Shown: piece after piece, positions 44,144 to 52,578 of the stretch
Position numbering within the stretch: the first letter of the stretch is position 1
How the letters are laid out: every line of letters begins with the position of its first letter
DNA from: an uncultured delta proteobacterium
GTDB taxonomy: Bacteria; Desulfobacterota; Binatia; DP-6
Direction: 5' to 3'
DNA length: 64,000 nt
Assembly: GCA_963815115.1 (NCBI GenBank)
Contig: CAWFFN010000005.1
Span: 1,696,001-1,760,000 of the forward strand
Notes under the pieces: generated by a model
Seen by the model: the letters and a program-made list of their open reading frames with translations, nothing else
What the model was told of the DNA's origin: nothing
Database searches by the model: none
Made by a program: the position numbers and the translations under genes

Positions 44144-45472
44144 GTGCCGCGATCGAGCAACGCTCCCGAGCGCATCTCGCCCGAGGCCGCGGCCGCGCTC
44201 GTGCGCTCGGACGACTGGGTCGACTACGGCTTCGGGCTCGGGCAGCCTGATCTCTTCGACGCTGCGCTGGCGGCGCGGGCCGCCGAGCTGCACGGCGTGA
44301 AGGTCCGCTCGTGCTTCTCGCTGCGCCCGCGGGCGGTGCTCGAGGCCGATCCTGCGGGCGACCACTTCCTGTGGTTCAACTGGCACTTCTCGGGCTACGA
44401 CCGCCGGCAGCACGATCGCGGCCGGTGCAACTACATTCCGATGAACTTCGGCGAGGCGCCGGACTACTACCGCCGCTTCATCGAGCGCGTCGACGTCGCC
44501 TGCATCAAGACCTGCCCGATGGACGCCCACGGGTACTTCAACTTCGGCGCCGCCGCCACCTACCAGAAGGCGATGGTGGAACGAGCGCGTATCGTGATCG
44601 TCGAGACCTGCGAGGCGATGCCGTACGTCTTCGGCCAGGAGGCCGCGGTGCACGCCAGCGAGGTCGACTTCGTGATCGACGGGGGCACCGGCTCGATCCC
44701 GGAGGTCGAGAACCCAGCGGCGACGGAGGTCGACCACAAGGTCGCCGCGCTCATCGCGGCCGAGGTCGAGGACGGCGCGTGTCTGCAGATCGGAATCGGC
44801 GGCATGCCGAACGCCGTCTGCACGCTCCTGCGGGATGCCGGCGTGCGCGATCTGGGTATCCACACCGAGATGCTGGTCGACGGCATGATCGACCTCGTGG
44901 AGGCGGGTCTGGTGAGCGGGGCGCGCAAGACGATCAACCCCTACCAGGTGGTCTTCACGTTCGCCGCGGGATCGCATCGCCAGTACGCCTTCATCGACCG
45001 CAACCCCGCGGTCCACGCCTCGCCCGTCGACTACACCAACCTGCCGCAGAACATCATGCGCAACGACCGCGTCGTGTCGATCAACAACACGACCGAGATC
45101 GATCTCCAGGGGCAGGCAGCGTCGGAAACGGCCGGTCATCGGCATCTGACCGGGACCGGCGGCCAGCTCCAGTTCGTGCGCGGAGCCTACGCCTCGCGCG
45201 GCGGCAAGTCGTTCATGTGCCTCGCCTCCACCTGGGAGCGCGGAGGCGAGCGCAAGAGCCGGATCGTGTGCACGCTCACACGGGGCAACGTCGTCACCAC
45301 GCCGCGCACGGACGTCATGTACGTGGTCACGGAGTACGGCATCGTGAACCTGAAGGGAAAGTCCGTGGCGGAACGCGCGAAGGCGCTCGTCGCGATCGCC
45401 CATCCCGACTTCCGCGAGGAGCTCGAGCGGGGGGCGCGCGAGAGCGGCGTGCTGCCCAAGGGCTTCGCGTGA
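44144..45472 (+). CDS. Acetyl-CoA hydrolase/transferase (butyryl-/4-hydroxybutyrate CoA-transferase-like)
   Basis: LQIGIGGMPNAV, LGIHTEM, GTGGQLQF, VVTEYG, IAHPDFREEL. Confidence 0.92.
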   Translation: MPRSSNAPERISPEAAAALVRSDDWVDYGFGLGQPDLFDAALAARAAELHGVKVRSCFSLRPRAVLEADPAGDHFLWFNWHFSGYDRRQHDRGRCNYIPMNFGEAPDYYRRFIERVDVACIKTCPMDAHGYFNFGAAATYQKAMVERARIVIVETCEAMPYVFGQEAAVHASEVDFVIDGGTGSIPEVENPAATEVDHKVAALIAAEVEDGACLQIGIGGMPNAVCTLLRDAGVRDLGIHTEMLVDGMIDLVEAGLVSGARKTINPYQVVFTFAAGSHRQYAFIDRNPAVHASPVDYTNLPQNIMRNDRVVSINNTTEIDLQGQAASETAGHRHLTGTGGQLQFVRGAYASRGGKSFMCLASTWERGGERKSRIVCTLTRGNVVTTPRTDVMYVVTEYGIVNLKGKSVAERAKALVAIAHPDFREELERGARESGVLPKGFA

Positions 45473-45485
45473 CCTGCGCCCGCCC

Positions 45486-45863
45486 ATGGTGACGATGGCC
45501 GAGGCCCGCCGGCTGGCGCTGTCTTTCCCCGAGACGACGGAGGAGGACCATCACGGCATCCCGTCGTTCCGGGTGGGCAACAAGATCTTCGCGACGGTGC
45601 CCGACGGCCAGCACGTGCGCGTGATGCTGGATGCGGACGCCACGCGCGCGGCGATCGGCGACGATCCGGCCGCCTTCGAGGAGCTGTGGTGGGGGAAGAA
45701 GCTCAGCGGCGTGACGGTGACCCTGGCGCGCGCCGACCACCGGCGGGTGACCGCGCTGCTCGAGGAAGCCTGGCGGCGGATCGCGCCCAGACGCCTGCTG
45801 ATCTCGCCGGACCTCGACAGCCGGCGCAGCGGCTCGCCGCGCCGCGCCCGTAGCCGCCCCTAA
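45486..45863 (+). CDS. MmcQ/YjbR family protein
   Basis: ALSFPETTE, PSFRVGNKIFA, LLEEAWRRIAP. Confidence 0.85.
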   Translation: MVTMAEARRLALSFPETTEEDHHGIPSFRVGNKIFATVPDGQHVRVMLDADATRAAIGDDPAAFEELWWGKKLSGVTVTLARADHRRVTALLEEAWRRIAPRRLLISPDLDSRRSGSPRRARSRP

Positions 45864-45994
45864 CGCAGGGTCAGCACCATCGCCGCGATCACGACCCCGA
45901 GCGCGGACGTCATCGCGACGGCCGCGAGCGGGCTGTCGAGAAACAGATCGATGATCCCGTAGAGCGGCTCCGTCAAAGCTCCCAGCCAGTCCAT
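45860..45994 (-). CDS. Unannotated 44-aa single-TM micropeptide MDWLGALTEPLYGIIDLFLDSPLAAVAMTSALGVVIAAMVLTLR
   Basis: ATG 45994 to TAG 45860-62, GC3-rich codons, hydrophobic C-half; directly behind a consensus sigma54 promoter. Confidence 0.65.
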   Translation of the reverse strand: MDWLGALTEPLYGIIDLFLDSPLAAVAMTSALGVVIAAMVLTLR

Positions 45995-46008
45995 GGTCTC
46001 TTCCAAAC

Positions 46009-46023
46009 GCAATCGTCGTGCCA
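46009..46023 (-). promoter_or_regulatory. Consensus sigma54 -24/-12 promoter
   Basis: Minus strand TGGCACGACGATTGC is an exact match to TGGCACGnnnnTTGC. Confidence 0.8.
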
Positions 46024-46072
46024 CGGGCGGCGAGCGCTAGTGACGCGATTTCGCTGGCCGCGGCCCGGCCTC

Positions 46073-46124
46073 TGCATGGCGGGCGCTGCACGCCCGCAAC
46101 GGGTGGTGCAGTGACGCCGCTGCA
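46073..46124. promoter_or_regulatory. Tandem TGCA-N10-TGCA sites, candidate upstream activator sequences
   Basis: 46073-46090 and 46107-46124, both running into CGCTGCACGC; roughly -75 to -127 from the predicted TSS. Confidence 0.55.
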
Positions 46125-46130
46125 CGCGGA

Positions 46131-47471
46131 TCACCCCCGGGCGCCGATGTCGGGGGTCGCAGGAAGCACTCGCGCGAGCACCGCCAGGCCGATCGCCGCC
46201 GCCACGGTGGAGGCTGCGAGAATCCCGACCTTCGCCGCTTCGAGCGTGGCGCCGTCGAGGGCGAGCCCGGCGACGAAGAGCGCCATGGTGAAGCCGATCC
46301 CGGCGAGGGCTCCACCCCCGGCGATCGCCGCCCAGCCGGTGCCCTCGGGAAGGCGAGCCAGGCGCGTGCGCACCGCGAGCCAGCTGAAGAGCACGATCCC
46401 GACAGGCTTCCCGACCACGAGGCCGGCTGCGATGGCCAGCGCGGTCGGATCCGCGAAGGAGGCGAGCTGGAGCGGCACGCCGGCGTTCGCCAGGGCGAAG
46501 ATCGGCATGATGACGAAGCCGACGGACGGGTGAAGCAGCGACTCGAGATACTCGAGCGGCGAGACCGTCTCGCGCGTGATCTGCCGGAACGCGCGCACGC
46601 TGGCCGTTCGATCACGCCCCTGCGCCCAACCCTCGCCCCGCACCACCTCGGTGACGCGCTGAAGGATTCCCGCAAACGCGCTCGCGCTGAGGTGCGGTTG
46701 CGCCGGGGTGAGCAACCCGAGGAGTACGCCGGCGATGGTCGCATGCACGCCGGACTCCTGGAACGCGAACCAGACCAGGAGGGCCACCAGGGTGTAGATA
46801 CCGAAGGAGCGGACGCCGAGACGGGTGAAAAGCACCACCAGCGCGAGTCCGCCTGCCCCGACGAGCAGCGGGACGAGGTGAATCCCCGTACTGTACCCGA
46901 TGGCGATCACCAGGATCGAACCGATGTCGTCGGCGATCGCCAGCGTGAGGATCATGATGCGCAAGGCGTGCGGGATGCGCGAGCCGAGCACGGCCATGCA
47001 GCCCACGACGAACGCGATGTCGGTCGCCATGGGGATGCCCCAGCCGCGCTGTGACGGCGTGCCGGCGCGCAGCGCCAGGTAGATCGCCGCGGGAGCGACC
47101 ATGCCGCCGATGGCCGCGACGATCGGCAGGGCGGCACGCTGCGGGTCGCGGAGCTCTCCCACCACCAGCTCGCGCTTCACCTCGAGCCCCACCACGAAGA
47201 AGAACAGCGCCATCAGGCCGTCGTTGATCCAGTGATGGAGCGTGTGGCTCACCTGCAGGCGACCGACCTGGAAGCCCACCTCGGTCTCCCAGAGGTGGAG
47301 ATAGGCGTCCGAGAGCGGGGAGTTCGCGAGCACGAGGGCGACCACCGTGCAGACGAGGAGGACGAGGCCGCCCGCGGCCTCGACGTGCAGGAAGCGCTCG
47401 AAGGGCTCGATCAGCCGATCGATGGGCTCTCGGGGGAGGCGCAGCGGTATCCGTCCACTCGGTTCCGACAC
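46131..47471 (-). CDS. nhaA: Na+/H+ antiporter NhaA
   Basis: WINDGLMALFFFVVGLEVKRE, GWGIPMATDIAF, LAIADDIG, SGVHATIAGV, GIGFTM. Confidence 0.95.
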   Translation of the reverse strand: MSEPSGRIPLRLPREPIDRLIEPFERFLHVEAAGGLVLLVCTVVALVLANSPLSDAYLHLWETEVGFQVGRLQVSHTLHHWINDGLMALFFFVVGLEVKRELVVGELRDPQRAALPIVAAIGGMVAPAAIYLALRAGTPSQRGWGIPMATDIAFVVGCMAVLGSRIPHALRIMILTLAIADDIGSILVIAIGYSTGIHLVPLLVGAGGLALVVLFTRLGVRSFGIYTLVALLVWFAFQESGVHATIAGVLLGLLTPAQPHLSASAFAGILQRVTEVVRGEGWAQGRDRTASVRAFRQITRETVSPLEYLESLLHPSVGFVIMPIFALANAGVPLQLASFADPTALAIAAGLVVGKPVGIVLFSWLAVRTRLARLPEGTGWAAIAGGGALAGIGFTMALFVAGLALDGATLEAAKVGILAASTVAAAIGLAVLARVLPATPDIGARG

Positions 47472-47497
47472 GCTCTCTCCGCCGCGCCCGAAGCCGT

Positions 47498-47728
47498 CTA
47501 CGAGCGCTCGCCGCCGAGGCAGTCCGGGCAGGTCTCTCGGCGGCTACCGTCGCAGGTCGTGCACGTCTCCCACTCGAGCCCTTCGCTTCCTGCGCGATGG
47601 TCGAACGAGGCCGGCCGCAGGCGATTCACGTTGCGGCCGCCGCGTCCGCGACACGTCTCGCAGGGGATGGTGCCTTCGCCGTGGCATCGCACGCAGGCGG
47701 TGTCGTCGTCCTCGTCAATGTCCGCCAT
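47498..47728 (-). CDS. Stand-alone DnaJ-type Cys-rich zinc finger protein (76 aa)
   Basis: AAGGAGGA RBS; CVRCHGEG, CETCRGRG, CTTCDGSR, CPDCLGGE repeats. Confidence 0.75.
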   Translation of the reverse strand: MADIDEDDDTACVRCHGEGTIPCETCRGRGGRNVNRLRPASFDHRAGSEGLEWETCTTCDGSRRETCPDCLGGERS

Positions 47729-47969
47729 GACGTCCTCCTTTCGGGGCAGCGCCCAGATCGGCCTCGGTACACATGAGTCCATGGACGAGGATGCCCACGC
47801 GTTCCGTCGCATCGGGGTGGGCGCGCGCGAGCGCCTCGCGCTCGATCGGCAGGCGTCGTCCGTCCCGGACGAGGCCCATCTCGAGCTGCAAGCCGTTGCC
47901 GGTGCGGGCGAGCATGTCGCCGACGGCACCGTTCAGGACGGCGAGAGCCTGGTCGAGCTTCGTTGCCAT
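47715..47969 (-). pseudogene. Truncated N-terminal fragment of a PGAP1-like alpha/beta hydrolase
   Basis: LAVLNGAVGDMLARTGNGL...GILVHGLMCTE resembles that family's N-terminus up to the oxyanion HG, then the frame ends with no GxSxG. Confidence 0.55.
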
Positions 47970-48060
47970 GCGGACGTGCCCATAGGGGCTCGCGCATCCG
48001 CGTTGTCAACCGCGCGCATCGACGCGGAGCGGGCCCGGGCTCCCCGGGGCCGCGCGACGC

Positions 48061-48768
48061 TCACCAGGCCTCGCCGAACGGTCGCACCTGGACGTCGAAC
48101 GACCAGGCCGATCGATCCTGGTGCACCACGTGCCAGACCTCGTCGGCGATGGCCCGGGGCTGGATGAAGAAGTCGTCGGGCCGGCTGGCGAAGGCCTGGC
48201 GCGTCCACGGCACGTCGATGACCGCGTCGATGACGAGGTAGGCGACGTGGACGCCCCGGGGACCGACCTCGCGCGCGATGGCCTCGGCCAGGATGCGTTG
48301 CGCCGCCTTGGTGGGTGCGAAGCCCGCGAAGGTCGGCTTGCCACGGAGCGCGGACGTGTTGCCGGTGACGATCAGGGCGCCGCGCCCGCGAGCGATCATG
48401 TCGGGGAGGAGGCTCCGTGCCAGATGCAGCAGTGAAAGCACGTTCACCTGGAAGTTGCGCTCGAGGACGGCGGGGTCGACGTCGAGGAAGGTGCCGAACG
48501 ATCCCGCGACGGCGTTGTGGATGACGACCTTCGGGTGACCGAGGCTACCCCGCACCTCGTCCAGGACCTTCGCCAGCGTCCCGGCGTCGCCGACGTCGCA
48601 CGCGAAGGCACGGCTGCCGGGAAGCTCGGCTTCGAGTGCGGCGAGCCGATCCGCGCTGCGCGCGAGCAGGGCGACCCGGAAGCCGCCGCTGGCGAAGCGA
48701 CGCGCCAGCGCGCTCCCCGTCCCCGGTCCGACGCCGGTGATCAGGCACACGTCGTCGTCATCGGCCAC
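48061..48768 (-). CDS. Short-chain dehydrogenase/reductase
   Basis: ITGVGPGTG, IHNA, VTGNTSALRG, FAPTKAAQR, RPFGEAW. Confidence 0.9.
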   Translation of the reverse strand: MADDDDVCLITGVGPGTGSALARRFASGGFRVALLARSADRLAALEAELPGSRAFACDVGDAGTLAKVLDEVRGSLGHPKVVIHNAVAGSFGTFLDVDPAVLERNFQVNVLSLLHLARSLLPDMIARGRGALIVTGNTSALRGKPTFAGFAPTKAAQRILAEAIAREVGPRGVHVAYLVIDAVIDVPWTRQAFASRPDDFFIQPRAIADEVWHVVHQDRSAWSFDVQVRPFGEAW

Positions 48769-48820
48769 GCCCGCAATGATACGCCACGCGATGGCCGAGT
48801 GAAGGGCGTGGCCGGGGCGA

Positions 48821-49483
48821 CTACCGGATCCGGCGATCCCGGTTGCGCGATCGAATCGGTAGCCCGGAGCGCGCTTCCGCGGACCGGCGGGCGGCCGGGG
48901 CCACGCCGTCGAGCACGGCGCGGATCGCGAGATTCCAGCGGCGATCGACGGAGGCTCGCGAGGTGCCGAGCCATCCGGCCATCTCCGTGGCGGCGAGACC
49001 CTGCGTCATGGAGACGAGAACGTGCGCGATGTCGGTCTCGTCGCCCTCGAGCAGGCCGGCGTCGATGCAGCGCCGCACGCGTCCCACGACGAGCAACCTG
49101 ACCGAGCTCCCGGCCTCCAGCTCCGCAGGGCCGGGGTCGAAGTCGGTGAACGGGCGCGCGAACATCACCTCCGACAGGGCCGGGTTGTCTCGGACGAATG
49201 CCCTGAGGGTCGCGACGATCCGCACCAGGTCGGCGCGCGGATCGTCCGTCTCCGCAGGTCGCTCCAACCCCTGCCGCAGCAGGCGGAAGCCCTCGAAGAA
49301 CATCTCGCGCACGAGCCCGGCCTTGTCGCCGAAGAGCTCGTAGACGGCCGGCGTCGAGGTGTCGGCCTCCCGGGCGACCTTCCGCGTGGTGAACCCGGCT
49401 ACGCCCGCGCTGGCGAGCGTCGTCACGGCCACCCGCAGGACGCGGTCGCGCAGCTCCGGCGTCCGTTGCTTCGCTCGCGGCAG
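48821..49483 (-). CDS. TetR/AcrR family regulator, probable CTG start
   Basis: (M)PRAKQRTPELRDRVL...FTTRKVAREADTSTPAVYELFGDKAGL; AGGAG 6 nt before CTG 49483. Confidence 0.85.
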   Translation of the reverse strand: MPRAKQRTPELRDRVLRVAVTTLASAGVAGFTTRKVAREADTSTPAVYELFGDKAGLVREMFFEGFRLLRQGLERPAETDDPRADLVRIVATLRAFVRDNPALSEVMFARPFTDFDPGPAELEAGSSVRLLVVGRVRRCIDAGLLEGDETDIAHVLVSMTQGLAATEMAGWLGTSRASVDRRWNLAIRAVLDGVAPAARRSAEARSGLPIRSRNRDRRIR

Positions 49484-49510
49484 GGTTCGCTCCTGGAGAG
49501 GCCCGATCCC

Positions 49511-50209
49511 TCAGGTACGCGGGCCAAGGAGCGTGTCGTCGGCTTCGATGGCGGCGCGGATCGCCCGCAACGCGTGCTCTCTCGCGCGCAGCTTCGTCGC
49601 GGTGTGGACGCCCATGTCCAGCCTGGCAAGGTCGACGGCGATGGTGCGCGCGACCTCCTGGAGGTCGCAGGCAGGCACGACCCGATCGAGGAATCCGGCG
49701 GCGACGGCGTCCTCGGGCCGGTAGATCTCCGCGTTGATCACCGCCCGATGGAAGTGGGAGGGCGCGAGGCGCTGCCGGCAGATCTCGATGCCGAAGAAAG
49801 GCATGGTGATGCCGATGGCGACCTCGTTGGCACCGATCTTGTATCCCCCCACCGCCCCGACGCGATAGTCACCCGACAGGACGAGGAACGCCCCCATCGC
49901 GATCGCGTGGCCCGTGCAGGCGACGACGACCGGCGCGGGGAACGACAGGAGCCGCTCCGCCAGCTCGAACCCCGTCCGCACCATACCGGAGGCGTCGGGA
50001 CCGCCACCCCGCAGGACGCGCAGGTCGAATCCACCGGAGAATGCACCCTCCCGGCCGGTGAGAATGACGACGGCACGATCCCTCTCGGCGCGATCGAACG
50101 CGTCGTTGAGCTGCGCGAACATGTCGGGCGACAGCGCGTTCATCTTGCCGTCGTCCATCGCGATCGTCGCGACGGAATCGCTCCGTCGGTAGGTGACGAG
50201 TGTGCTCAC
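49511..50209 (-). CDS. Crotonase/enoyl-CoA hydratase family protein
   Basis: MDDGKMNALS, FSGGFDL, GHAIAMGA, NEVAIG. Confidence 0.92.
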   Translation of the reverse strand: MSTLVTYRRSDSVATIAMDDGKMNALSPDMFAQLNDAFDRAERDRAVVILTGREGAFSGGFDLRVLRGGGPDASGMVRTGFELAERLLSFPAPVVVACTGHAIAMGAFLVLSGDYRVGAVGGYKIGANEVAIGITMPFFGIEICRQRLAPSHFHRAVINAEIYRPEDAVAAGFLDRVVPACDLQEVARTIAVDLARLDMGVHTATKLRAREHALRAIRAAIEADDTLLGPRT

Positions 50210-50221
50210 GAGACCTCCGTC

Positions 50222-50248
50222 CGTTGATTTCGTATCAACGTTACGAAA
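50222..50248. promoter_or_regulatory. Two overlapping inverted repeats, candidate TetR operator
   Basis: TTTCGTA-N7-TACGAAA (50228-50248) and CGTTGAT-N5-ATCAACG (50222-50240) just upstream of the crotonase-tetR operon. Confidence 0.6.
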
Positions 50249-50321
50249 CGACGGTACGGAGCTTGCGGTGCTGCGTCAAGCCGCCGTTCAACCGGGCGTC
50301 ACCCCGGCGCATCGGGCCGTG

Positions 50322-51329
50322 TCAGTGCGCGACGATGGTCGGCGAGGACGGCGCCGTCTCCGCGGCGGCCTCGGGATCGACCGCGGCAGGGCGCGGTGCC
50401 GCCCCGAGACCCGCGACCCTGCGCAGGGTGGCGCGGAACTTTCGCAGCTCGACCAGGGCGCGGCGCGCGCCTGCCCCCTTCGGGGCGAGACGATCGATCC
50501 CCCAGTAGGACAAGAGGTATTGCACGATGTCCTGGTAGTAGTCGGCGAGGGTGAAGACGCCATGGGCGTGGAGATACACTTGACGCTCCGCGAACGTTCC
50601 GGCGAACGCGGGCGACCACGGCATCTGGAAGCGGGGCATGACCGCGGCCAGCGCCTGGACGTAGTCCGGATCGAGATCGAGGTGGGCTTTCACGATGTCG
50701 CGATAGAACGCCATGTGCAGGGTCTCGTCCTTCGCGATCCGACGGAGCGCTTCCGCGAGCCCCGGGTCTTCCTGCTCGCACGCACGTGCGGTGCAGAGAT
50801 AGAAGGTGCGTGTCGCCGCCTCCTGCACGGCGGTGTAGACCATCCCCTCGATCGGACCGTCCAGCTGGTGGAACCAGCCGGCCTCGATGACCGCCTTGCG
50901 CATGCTGGCGCGCGCCGCGGGGTCGCCGTTCTCGCTCAGCAGCAGGTAGGTTTCGAGGAGCGTCGCGTGCTGATCCTCTTCCGAGGTCCACACCCGGATG
51001 AAGTCCCGGAGGGACGCCGGGCATGCCTCGAGACCGTGATACAGGCCGGCGGTGTACCAGGGGAGGTTCACCTCGGTGAGCAACGCCATCTCGACCGCCA
51101 GGTAGGCAGGGCGCGAGAGCGGGCGATGCCGGCGGGCGTCGCCGCGAAACTCTGCCAGCGGCAAGAACGCATGCCCGGACCAAGCCGTCTTGGCGGCGGC
51201 ATCCTTGTGTCGGGCGAGCAGGAAGTCGAGGTGAGGCTCGAGGGACGGATGGAGATCGAGATACGACCCGCCGATGGTGTCACTCACTCGGTGGGCCTCT
51301 ATGCGTTTGGGCGGCCGCCTGTCAAACAC
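50322..51329 (-). CDS. Acyl-ACP desaturase (DesA-type diiron, ferritin-like); true start may be GTG 51287
   Basis: LLTEVNLPWY, WTSEEDQH, YTAVQEAAT, IAKDETLH, FQMP. Confidence 0.88.
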   Translation of the reverse strand: MFDRRPPKRIEAHRVSDTIGGSYLDLHPSLEPHLDFLLARHKDAAAKTAWSGHAFLPLAEFRGDARRHRPLSRPAYLAVEMALLTEVNLPWYTAGLYHGLEACPASLRDFIRVWTSEEDQHATLLETYLLLSENGDPAARASMRKAVIEAGWFHQLDGPIEGMVYTAVQEAATRTFYLCTARACEQEDPGLAEALRRIAKDETLHMAFYRDIVKAHLDLDPDYVQALAAVMPRFQMPWSPAFAGTFAERQVYLHAHGVFTLADYYQDIVQYLLSYWGIDRLAPKGAGARRALVELRKFRATLRRVAGLGAAPRPAAVDPEAAAETAPSSPTIVAH

Positions 51330-51549
51330 GGCCTGAACGGCTGGACCTTTTTCACGAATCGGTCAAACTAGTTCCCCATCGCGCACCTTGACGCCCCGCA
51401 GTCGGCGCCGAGCTCGGGCGGCATGAACGAGCCCGCCGAAGGAACCCGGGACGACCGGCGAGCTGCGCCGCGTCCTTCTCGCATGGCGGCCGGAATCGCC
51501 CCCCGACCACCCCGCGCCGCGCGGGGGTGACAAACCGGCGACTCGTGCT

Positions 51550-52542
51550 ATGCGGCCTCAAATGGCTGTGAGGACGCCGGCCGCCGCCTCGACCAGGAAG
51601 CGCAAGTCGCCGCGGAAGAGACAGGTGGCGAGCAGCAAGGGCCTCACGGTTGCGGAGGTGGCCGACCCCCAGGACGATGCCCGGCGCATGGCGGCGACCA
51701 TCACGGCCGACGGCGGTGAGGTGCTGGGGATGTACCGCGATCCGCTGGGGGGCCACCCGGTGGTGGTGGCGGCACTGCCCATCGACAAGATCGAGCCCAC
51801 TCCCTACCAGCGCGATCGCAGCGAGGCGCACGTGAAGAAGCTGGCGAGCGCGATGGAGCGCGTGGGCCGGTTCCTCGATCCGCTCATCGCCGTCCGCAAG
51901 GACGGCCACTACTGGACCCCGAACGGCAACCACCGCCTCGGGGCCATGGCCCTGATGGGCATGAAGTCGATCACCGCGCTCGTGCTGCCCGAGGAGGACG
52001 TCGCCCTCCAGATTCTCGCTCTCAACACCGAGAAGGCGCACAACCTGAAGGAGCGGTCGCTCGAGGTGATCCGCATGTACCGTGGCCTCGTCGGCGCCCG
52101 CGGGAGCGACAGGGAAGCCGACTTCGCAGCGATCTTCGAAGAGCCCCACTTCATCACCTTCGGCGCGACGTACGAAAAGCGTCCCCGGTTCTCCGCCGGC
52201 GCGTACACCTCGATCGTCAAGCGCCTCGAGGCGTTCGAGGACGTGGCGATCAGCCAGGGACTGAAGCTGCGCGAGGCGCGTGCGGATCGGCTGCTCGCTC
52301 TCGATGACGAGGTCGTGAAGGTGGTCGAGGAGCTCAAATCCCGTGGCCTCGTGAGCCCGTATCTCAAGTATTATGTCGTCGCGCGCGTGAACTTCCTGCG
52401 CTTCAAGAAGGGAGGCTCGTTCGACTTCGATGACACGATCGACAAGCTCAAAGCGGCCGCGAGGAAGATCGACATCGCGAAGGTTCGCAAGGAAGACGTC
52501 GCGAGGATGGGCGGCGCTCCGGCCGCCGGCGACGATGAGTGA
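51550..52542 (+). CDS. Orphan ParB N-terminal (ParB/Srx) domain protein
   Basis: IEPTPYQRD, FLDPLIAV, YWTPNGNHRL, ILALNTEK; no adjacent parA. Confidence 0.8.
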   Translation: MRPQMAVRTPAAASTRKRKSPRKRQVASSKGLTVAEVADPQDDARRMAATITADGGEVLGMYRDPLGGHPVVVAALPIDKIEPTPYQRDRSEAHVKKLASAMERVGRFLDPLIAVRKDGHYWTPNGNHRLGAMALMGMKSITALVLPEEDVALQILALNTEKAHNLKERSLEVIRMYRGLVGARGSDREADFAAIFEEPHFITFGATYEKRPRFSAGAYTSIVKRLEAFEDVAISQGLKLREARADRLLALDDEVVKVVEELKSRGLVSPYLKYYVVARVNFLRFKKGGSFDFDDTIDKLKAAARKIDIAKVRKEDVARMGGAPAAGDDE

Positions 52543-52578
52543 CGCTCGCACGCCGATGCGGACGGCAGCGGAGGGCGA

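Noticed and set aside
49484-49513. In-frame TGA between crotonase and tetR suggesting readthrough or selenocysteine fusion
   Set aside because: Both proteins are complete on their own, tetR has its own RBS, and no SECIS-like hairpin is evident
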